A DNA stretch of 32,000 nucleotides, from the NCBI GenBank assembly GCA_026387835.1, contig JAPLKZ010000012.1, forward strand, positions 4,932 to 36,931. Reading direction: 5' to 3'. A program made the position numbers and the translations under genes. The DNA is from Candidatus Saganbacteria bacterium (GTDB lineage Bacteria > Margulisbacteria > WOR-1 > JAKLHX01). A model generated the notes under the pieces. It was not told where the DNA came from, did not search any database, and saw nothing but the letters and a program-made list of their open reading frames with translations. This document shows positions 25,451 to 32,000 of this stretch, one piece after another (the first letter of the stretch is position 1; every line of letters starts with the position of its first letter).

Positions 25451-27298
25451 TCATCGGGGGGGTTCATTTTCTTTTGCAGAAGCTCCTATGTCTATCATCT
25501 CAACTCCCGGCATATATTCTCTCACGATCGGCTCGGTTATATGCGCCAGATTTATCAGAAGCTCTCTTATTCTCCTGGCTTCCCTTTCTATCGTCTGCAG
25601 CCTTTCCTTGATAAAATCGAGCGGCATTTCCGATTGAGTGCCGAGTTTCAGCAGCAGTCCCTGGGTCTGAGCCAGCACGGAGGTCAGAGGGTTGTTTATC
25701 TCGTGCTGGAGGCTCACCGACAGTTTGGTCAGAGTAGAGAGCCTTTCGGCTTTCACAAGCTCCTCGCGCGTTTCTATCAGCTGTTTATTCATCTTCTCAA
25801 GCATGACCGTGTATTTTTCTCTTGCCTCCGCTTCCGCCAGTTTCATTGCCGCTTCTTTTTCCTTTTCAAGCAGCAGGCTGTTCTCCACGAATATCGCGCT
25901 CTGGTTGGCCAGCGTCATCAGAAAGTTCAGGTCCTCTTCATCGAACGGGTCCCCTGAAAGCTTTTCTCCCAGAGCGAGAAAAGCGACCATCTTGTCCTTT
26001 ATCATGCTCGGCACGCATAAAGAGACTTTGAGCTTGTTGATGTCGCCGAGCACGTCCTCAAGTTTTTTCTTCTCGTAATATGTGATAAAGATATCGGTCA
26101 GCTGTTTTTCTATATCGCTCTTTAAAAGCACCCCCTTGTTTTCCTCGAGAGCCTCTATGAGCGGAAAATTTGATGTCATCGTAAATCCGGAAAGTTCCTT
26201 GATCGAGCCGTCGACGCCTTTTATCTCGAACCTGTCCTTTTTATCGTTATACCAGAACAGGGCGGCCCCGGTAAGGTTCATCCTCCTGGTTATCAGACGC
26301 GCCGTTATCTTGAGCAGCCTTTCGGTGCCCGACAGCACGCTCATGGCAGCACTTGTTTCCTTCAGCGTTTTTTCGTAGTCAAGCTTGCTCTTAAAAAATA
26401 TACTGTCTACCCATTCCTGGAACCTGTCGCGCAGGGGCTCGAATATCACGGCAAAAATGAAAAACACGATCATGACTATCAGGACGGAATAATTCCCGCT
26501 TATTGTCTGGAATATAGCCGCGATCAGGTAAAGGCATCCGAAATAAACGGCCGTGACAATACCCGCCAGCATCGAATAGACGACGCTTTTGCTCAGAATA
26601 ACGTTCAATCCCACAAAACGCTGCTTGCTGATCGCGTATGTGACAAGGCCCGTAAAAAAAAGCGTCGACAGCGGCCCGATTATGTTAAAGATATACCATC
26701 CGTCCCTTATCCCGAGAGCAGGCGCAAAATTATAAAATCCCGCCGTTACGGCCAAAGGGATGAGTGTTCCCGCAAAAACATACTGGATCTGGCTCCTTGC
26801 CACTCCTTTGATAGAGAAGTATTTTTTAAGCAGCACGCCCAGTGCCAGCACTATGTATATTACAAAATACAGGATAAAGACCGTGTTTATTTCCGTGAAA
26901 TCGATACTCGCGATATCCCCCCGCATGAATGAAACGGACCTTATTATGTATTCCGAAGACAAAAGATAAATAAAGACCAGGGCCGGCGAAAAGACCGCGG
27001 AGATGACCGGAAGTCCCGCTGACGCGTCATCCGGGAATATCAGAGCAAAATACAGCAAAAGCGAAGGGAGCACGGCTGCGGCCCCATAACCCATCTTGAC
27101 CCAGAAAAAAGCTCTTTCGCTCTGAGCTATCGCACTGTATGTCGCCGAGTACGAGAAATAGAGCCAAAATATTATCAGTAGCACTATCAAAGCGAAACAC
27201 CTGTTCGCCCTGCTTTTCAGGCCTTTGGTGAATATGACAAATCCAAATACCAGATTGGCGATTATGGCGCCAAAAAAGATCAGGTCAAGAATATTCAT
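25451..27298 (-). CDS. Histidine-kinase-like protein: multi-TM, GAF, HisKA, no ATPase domain
   Basis: Multi-TM N-terminus, GAF-like region (FDEEDLNFLMTLANQSAIFVENSLLLEKEKE), H-box KLSVSLQHEINNPLTSVLAQTQGLL; ends about 85 aa after the H-box with no N/G boxes. Confidence 0.85.
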   Translation of the reverse strand: MNILDLIFFGAIIANLVFGFVIFTKGLKSRANRCFALIVLLIIFWLYFSYSATYSAIAQSERAFFWVKMGYGAAAVLPSLLLYFALIFPDDASAGLPVISAVFSPALVFIYLLSSEYIIRSVSFMRGDIASIDFTEINTVFILYFVIYIVLALGVLLKKYFSIKGVARSQIQYVFAGTLIPLAVTAGFYNFAPALGIRDGWYIFNIIGPLSTLFFTGLVTYAISKQRFVGLNVILSKSVVYSMLAGIVTAVYFGCLYLIAAIFQTISGNYSVLIVMIVFFIFAVIFEPLRDRFQEWVDSIFFKSKLDYEKTLKETSAAMSVLSGTERLLKITARLITRRMNLTGAALFWYNDKKDRFEIKGVDGSIKELSGFTMTSNFPLIEALEENKGVLLKSDIEKQLTDIFITYYEKKKLEDVLGDINKLKVSLCVPSMIKDKMVAFLALGEKLSGDPFDEEDLNFLMTLANQSAIFVENSLLLEKEKEAAMKLAEAEAREKYTVMLEKMNKQLIETREELVKAERLSTLTKLSVSLQHEINNPLTSVLAQTQGLLLKLGTQSEMPLDFIKERLQTIEREARRIRELLINLAHITEPIVREYMPGVEMIDIGASAKENEPPR

Positions 27299-27331
27299 TT
27301 GGTTATATTATAATTACGATACGCTGATAAG

Positions 27332-28675
27332 TCAACAAATATCATATTTTTTCAGTTTTGAGATCAATGTTGAACGGTCGATCCCCAGCATCTTGGCGGC
27401 TTTTGACTGGATACATCCGGCTTTAAGGAAAATTTTTGTCAGGTGGTCCCTTTCAAAATGGCCGACCGCGTCTTCCAGCCGCATTTGCACCGGGATATCG
27501 TGCTTGTCAATGATATTAAAGGACAGGTCGCCTGCATCTATGATATCTTTTGAAGATAGAACGACAAGGCGCTCGACAGCGTTCTCAAGCTCCCTGACGT
27601 TGCCCGGCCAGTAATAGCCTTTTAAAATATTTATGGCCTGAGGGGTGAACGCTTTTATCCGCTTGTTGGACCTTTTATTGAAACGGCCGAGAAAATATTC
27701 GAGCAGGAGCGGGATGTCCTGCGTCCTTGACCGTATCGGCGGGACATCGACAGGAATGACGTTCAGCCTGAAAAAAAGGTCTTCCCTGAAAGTGCCTTTC
27801 TTCACGCTGTCTTTCAGATCGGCATTTGTGGCACAGATGATCCTGATATCTATCTTTGTTGCCTTGCTGCCTCCGATCCTCTGCACTTCGCTCTCCTGGA
27901 CCACCCTCAAAAGTTTTGCCTGCATCGGATAGGGCAGACACCCGACCTCATCAAGAAAGATAGTCCCGCCGTCGGCAAGCTCGAACTTGCCGATATGCCT
28001 TTCAAGGGCTCCGGTGAACGATCCCCTTTCGTGCCCGAAAAGCTCCGATTCAAAAAGGTTCTCGGGGACCGCGGCACAGTTGACCGCGACAAACAGCTTA
28101 TTTTTTCTGTTGCTCTTTCTATGGATGGCTTTAGCGACCATTTCTTTGCCGCTGCCGGTCTCGCCTGTTATCATCACGGTGCTGTCCGACGGAGCTATTT
28201 TTTCTATCAGACCGAAGACCTTTCTCATGGGCTCCGATGTTCCGATGATATCCTCAAAACTTTCTTTGCTGATCTCCCTGTAGGCCCTGTTCTCTTTTTC
28301 AAGGGTCCTTTTTTCAAGGGCTTTTTCTATGACGAGTTTAAGTTCATCGGCGTCAAAAGGCTTGTTGATATAATCATAGGCGCCCTCTTTCATGGCGTTG
28401 ACAGCCGTCCTTGAGTCGGACAGCGCGGTAAGAATTATCACGGGTACTTCCGGATCCGTCTTCTTCAGTTTTTTAAGGAAAGTAATGCCGTCCATCTTGG
28501 GCATTTTTATGTCGAGGAGCACCGCATCGACGTTTAGCGGCGGGATCTTTTTCAGCGCATCTTCGGGAGAGGAAAAAGCGGTCACATTGTATGTCGGTTT
28601 AAGTACGGTATTTATAGTTTTTAAGATGTCCTCTTCGTCATCTACGGCAGCTATAAGGGGCCTTGGTTTTGACAT
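27332..28675 (-). CDS. Sigma54-dependent response regulator, NtrC family
   Basis: Receiver ([22 protein letters not shown]), AAA+ [30 protein letters not shown], Fis-type [26 protein letters not shown]. Confidence 0.93.
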   Translation of the reverse strand: MSKPRPLIAAVDDEEDILKTINTVLKPTYNVTAFSSPEDALKKIPPLNVDAVLLDIKMPKMDGITFLKKLKKTDPEVPVIILTALSDSRTAVNAMKEGAYDYINKPFDADELKLVIEKALEKRTLEKENRAYREISKESFEDIIGTSEPMRKVFGLIEKIAPSDSTVMITGETGSGKEMVAKAIHRKSNRKNKLFVAVNCAAVPENLFESELFGHERGSFTGALERHIGKFELADGGTIFLDEVGCLPYPMQAKLLRVVQESEVQRIGGSKATKIDIRIICATNADLKDSVKKGTFREDLFFRLNVIPVDVPPIRSRTQDIPLLLEYFLGRFNKRSNKRIKAFTPQAINILKGYYWPGNVRELENAVERLVVLSSKDIIDAGDLSFNIIDKHDIPVQMRLEDAVGHFERDHLTKIFLKAGCIQSKAAKMLGIDRSTLISKLKKYDIC

Positions 28676-28678
28676 TTT

Positions 28679-30256
28679 CTAGATCTTGACAACCAGAGCG
28701 TTGGAGATCCCTTCTATCTTTTTGATCTTTTTCAGCATATCATCACTGGCCGGAGTGTCGATGTTCAGTATCATCACTGCTTTTCCTCCGATGGATTTTC
28801 TGCCGACGTCCATCGAAGCGATATTGATATTGTTTTCCCCCAGCAGAGTGCCGACTTTGCCGATGATACCCGGTTTGTCGGTATGCTCGGTTATCAAAAG
28901 AAATCCCGTAGGCACCACATCGGTCTGAAGGTCGTCTATCCTGACAAGTCTTTCGCCGAAAGAGCCAAGGACCGTTCCGGCAACGGTTTTTTTATCGCTG
29001 CCCGAAACTACTGTTATGGATATCAGATTAGAAAAATTCTCCGCATCCCCGCTTTTTACTTCTTTTACGGAGATGCCTCTTTCTTTGGCAATGAGCGAAG
29101 CATTAACATGGTTCACAGATTCTCCGAGAGCGTACCCGAGTATACCTTTCAATACAGCCGTGGTTAAAGGCGTGATATTGTTGTTGCTGAGCTCTCCCAG
29201 ATAAGATATTTCAACGCTTGTCACAGGTCCGCTCACTATCTGCGCGGCAAAGCTGCCCAGTTTTTCGGCTATAGGAAGAAAATGTTTTACGGGGCCCAAA
29301 ATATCCGGCCTCATCGATGGAATGTTCACTGCTGCCCGGGCCATCCCGCCTTTAAGGACATCTGCGATCTGCTCCGCGACATCGACGGCAACATTCACCT
29401 GGGCTTCCACGGTGGAGGCGCCGAGATGCGGGGTCGCTATCACGTTCTCAAGCTCTATCAACGGATTATCGGGAGCCGGTTCAACTTCGAATACATCCAA
29501 AGCTGCAGCTGCGATCTTCTTTGATAAAAGTGCTTCCTTAAGGTCGGCCTCGTCTATGATGCCGCCTCTTGCCACATTTATTATCTTTACGCCGTCCTTC
29601 ATCAGCGCGATCTTGTCCTTGTTGATCATCTTTGCCGTATCTTTTGTCTTTGGCAGGTGAAGGGTGATGTAATCTGATTCTTTTAGAACTTCGTCCAGAG
29701 ATTTGACCGTGACCCCTATTTTTTTTGCATAATCTTCATTAATGAACGGATCATAACAGATCACTTTCATGCCCAGACCTTGGGCATAAGCAGCGACGCG
29801 GCTTCCGATCTTGCCAATTCCGACAATACCGAGTATTTTATTATAAAGCTCGCTTCCCATAAATTTACTTTTTTCCCACTTCTTTCCCTTTAACGAGGCT
29901 ACCGCCTGCGGAATATTACGCGACAGCGCCATCATCATGGCAAAGGTGTGCTCGGCGGCAGCGATAGTGTTTCCATCCGGAGAGTTGACCACTATAATGC
30001 CTTTTTTTGTCGCAGCCGGCACATCTATATTGTCCACGCCTACTCCTGCCCTTCCGATTATCTTCATCTTTTTTGCGGCATCTATTATTTTTGCGGTGAC
30101 TTTGGTCTCCGACCTGACCATCATTCCGTCGTAATCTCCTATGATCGCCAAAAGCTGGTCCTCAGTACAACCGGTCTTTACATCCACTTCAAAACCGGCT
30201 GCTTTCAGTTTTTCGATGCCTTCAGGCGCGGCTTTATCCGCTATAAGGACTTTCAT
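28679..30256 (-). CDS. serA: D-3-phosphoglycerate dehydrogenase, long form with ACT domain
   Basis: GRAGVGVDNIDVPAATKKGI, LGIVGIGKIGSRVAAYAQGLGMKVICYDPF, ARGGIIDEADL, ATPHLGAST; C-terminal ACT region HTDKPGIIGKVGTLLGENNINIASMDVGR. Confidence 0.95.
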   Translation of the reverse strand: MKVLIADKAAPEGIEKLKAAGFEVDVKTGCTEDQLLAIIGDYDGMMVRSETKVTAKIIDAAKKMKIIGRAGVGVDNIDVPAATKKGIIVVNSPDGNTIAAAEHTFAMMMALSRNIPQAVASLKGKKWEKSKFMGSELYNKILGIVGIGKIGSRVAAYAQGLGMKVICYDPFINEDYAKKIGVTVKSLDEVLKESDYITLHLPKTKDTAKMINKDKIALMKDGVKIINVARGGIIDEADLKEALLSKKIAAAALDVFEVEPAPDNPLIELENVIATPHLGASTVEAQVNVAVDVAEQIADVLKGGMARAAVNIPSMRPDILGPVKHFLPIAEKLGSFAAQIVSGPVTSVEISYLGELSNNNITPLTTAVLKGILGYALGESVNHVNASLIAKERGISVKEVKSGDAENFSNLISITVVSGSDKKTVAGTVLGSFGERLVRIDDLQTDVVPTGFLLITEHTDKPGIIGKVGTLLGENNINIASMDVGRKSIGGKAVMILNIDTPASDDMLKKIKKIEGISNALVVKI

Positions 30257-31392
30257 GCCATAGCCTCCTCTGCCGCCGCGACCCCGGCCCCCTTCTTGAC
30301 GCTTGATCCGAGTTCGATCTCGAGCGCCGCAAGAGCTGCTATGACCTCCATCTTATCGATATAACCGAGATGGCCTATCCTGAAAAGCTTTCCTTTGAGA
30401 TCTTCCTGCCCGCCCGCGAGGACTATGCCGTATTTTTCGCGCATCGCTTTTCTGAGCTTATCCGCTTCTATACCGTCCGGAGGGAATACCGGCGTCACCG
30501 CTTTTGAAGCTATGCTTTCATCGTTCACGAGAAGTTTCAGCCCCAAAGCTTTTACTCCTGCGCGGACTGCTTTCGCAAGTTTTTCATGCCTTGCATAAAT
30601 ATTTTCTATTCCTTCTTCTTTTAACATCCTTATCGCTTCCTGCATCGCATAAATAATTGATACTGCCGGCGTCCAGGGGGTCTCGCCTATCTCCGCGAAT
30701 TTCATCGCCTGCTTGAAATCAAAATAGAACCGCGGCATCTTGGCTTTCTCGTTTGCGGCCCATGCTTTTTTGTTGACCGACACGAATGCCAGCCCCGGGG
30801 GGACCATGAAAGCTTTCTGGGAACCGGACACGACGACATCGAGTCCCCACTCATCCGTTTTAAGAGGCGCCGTCAAAAGCCCTGATACCGCGTCGACGAT
30901 CATCAATGCGCCGTGCTTGTTGACCAGTTGAGCTACTGACTTCACGTCGTTAAGAACGCCCGTGGATGTTTCGTTCTGCTGAATAAGGACCGCCTTTATC
31001 ACTTTTGCTTTGTCTTCGTTGAGTTTCTGTTCGACAGTTTTAAGGTCGACCGCTTTTCCTCTTTCGAATTTCACCTCGTCTACATCAGCGCCGTAAGCGC
31101 GCGCTATCTTGGCGAACCTGTTTCCGAACGCCCCGATGTTCAGTGACAACACCTTGTCTCCCGGGGACAGAAAGTTGACTATCGCGGCTTCCATTCCGCC
31201 CGTACCGGAAGTCGTGAGCGTTATTATATCGTTCTGCGTCTGATAAGCCCACTTCACGCCTTCAACTATTTCTTTTATGATACTGGAGAACGAAGGCCCT
31301 CTGTGATTTATCATCTGCTTGTTCATCGCGGACAGGACTCGGGTCGGGACTGGGGTCGGGCCGGGGATCATCAGATACTCTTTGAATGCCAT
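30253..31392 (-). CDS. Class V aminotransferase (serine-pyruvate/phosphoserine-type)
   Basis: MIPGPTPVPTRVLSAM, TTSGTGGMEAAIVNFLSPGDKVL, ALIQQNETSTGVLNDV, LMIVDAVSG, VVSGSQKAFMVPPGLAF; 4-bp overlap with serA. Confidence 0.92.
   Translation of the reverse strand: MAFKEYLMIPGPTPVPTRVLSAMNKQMINHRGPSFSSIIKEIVEGVKWAYQTQNDIITLTTSGTGGMEAAIVNFLSPGDKVLSLNIGAFGNRFAKIARAYGADVDEVKFERGKAVDLKTVEQKLNEDKAKVIKAVLIQQNETSTGVLNDVKSVAQLVNKHGALMIVDAVSGLLTAPLKTDEWGLDVVVSGSQKAFMVPPGLAFVSVNKKAWAANEKAKMPRFYFDFKQAMKFAEIGETPWTPAVSIIYAMQEAIRMLKEEGIENIYARHEKLAKAVRAGVKALGLKLLVNDESIASKAVTPVFPPDGIEADKLRKAMREKYGIVLAGGQEDLKGKLFRIGHLGYIDKMEVIAALAALEIELGSSVKKGAGVAAAEEAMA
31341..31366 (+). other. Potential G-quadruplex motif
   Basis: GGG-TC-GGG-ACT-GGGG-TC-GGG-CC-GGGG: five G-runs with 2-3 nt loops. 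Confidence 0.5.
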
Positions 31393-31426
31393 TTTATTTT
31401 TCCTTTCTAAAATTGGGGATATTTTT

Positions 31427-31456
31427 ATTATATAATATCTATACTCAACGGGTCAA
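31427..31456 (-). promoter_or_regulatory. Sigma70-like promoter for the aminotransferase-serA genes
   Basis: Minus strand TTGACC (31456-31451), 18-nt spacer, TATAAT (31432-31427), upstream of the ATG at 31390-31392, with GAAAGGA as a possible RBS. Confidence 0.6.
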
Positions 31457-31572
31457 TGAGGGTAAAGCGAAAATCGTAAACTCTAGCCAGGAATTGTTCT
31501 GCCTATCGCATCTCAACCAAACCCAAAAATTTTTGCGCCGGAAAAGGCGTAAAGGGACAAAGACAAAAGGTG

Positions 31573-32000
31573 TTAACCCAAGTCCTCGGCGAGGCGGAAA
31601 CCGAGAACGCTGCTCTGATCCCCCGGTCTGTCGTTGTTCCGGTACGCAGCATCCAGCGTATTAGAATCGTTGTTATACCAGGAACCGCCGCGCAACACCT
31701 TATTAATGCCATTTTTCGGTCCTTTAGGATTTGTCAAATCATTTACGTTATATCCACTCGCATACCAATCCTGTACCCATTCCCATACATTACCCGCCAT
31801 ATCAAATATCCCTGAAGGCGTTGCGCCCGTAGGGAATTTGTTGACAGGAGTTGTTCCTCTGTTATTGAAATTAACGCGCCCTTCATACGACTCATTTCCC
31901 CACGGATATATTCTTCCTTCAGTCCCTCTTGCCGCGAATTCCCATTGTGCTTCTGTAAGCAGACCGAACTTCCTGCCAGTTGTTTCCATTAGAAATTTGC
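31573..32000 (-). CDS. C-terminal part of a SUMF1/formylglycine-generating-enzyme-like protein (5' end outside window)
   Basis: LLTEAQWEFAARGTEGRIYPWGNESYEGRVNFNN, FDMAGNVWEWVQDWY, VLRGGSWYNND, SSVLGFRLAED. Confidence 0.9.
   Translation of the reverse strand, partial: KFLMETTGRKFGLLTEAQWEFAARGTEGRIYPWGNESYEGRVNFNNRGTTPVNKFPTGATPSGIFDMAGNVWEWVQDWYASGYNVNDLTNPKGPKNGINKVLRGGSWYNNDSNTLDAAYRNNDRPGDQSSVLGFRLAEDLG

Noticed and set aside
31386-31664. 92-aa plus-strand ORF in the gap upstream of the aminotransferase
   Set aside because: Overlaps the promoter-like region and the 3' end of the SUMF1-type gene; basic, low-complexity translation with no family resemblance.
1-32000. Search for CRISPR arrays, toxin-antitoxin pairs, integrases, transposases or defence genes
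   Set aside because: No regularly spaced repeats and no matching protein motifs were found; nearly all sequence is accounted for by housekeeping, efflux and signalling genes.

Overview
This looks like a gene-dense stretch of chromosome from an uncultured or little-studied Gram-negative-type bacterium. Almost every gene is on the minus strand, with short or overlapping junctions. No CRISPR array, rRNA, integrase/transposase or recognisable phage module was seen. From left to right: the C-terminus of a thioredoxin-like protein (+); a nine-gene efflux locus (MacB-type ABC permease with an apparent frameshift, MacB/LolD-type ATPase, periplasmic adaptor, two ABC-2 permeases, two ABC-2 ATPases, HlyD-type adaptor, TolC-type outer-membrane protein with an extra C-terminal domain); metH without a reactivation domain and with a repeat-derived linker insertion; rimI-tsaB-tsaE; folK with a strongly basic histone-like N-terminal tail; folP; tilS; a small membrane protein; a CAT-anticodon tRNA; a DUF1015-type protein; a receiver protein (+); uppP, radical SAM, MFS, recO; a second receiver protein (+); a PEGA-like and an SH3-like secreted protein; a three-gene two-component/sigma54 cluster including a kinase-like protein without an ATPase domain; serA plus a class V aminotransferase; and the end of a SUMF1/FGE-type protein. 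I found no convincing previously undescribed defence or mobile system. The observations I rate highest are the FolK basic tail, the repeat-derived insertion inside metH, the ATPase-less histidine-kinase-like protein, the near-leaderless receiver transcript and the TolC C-terminal extension.
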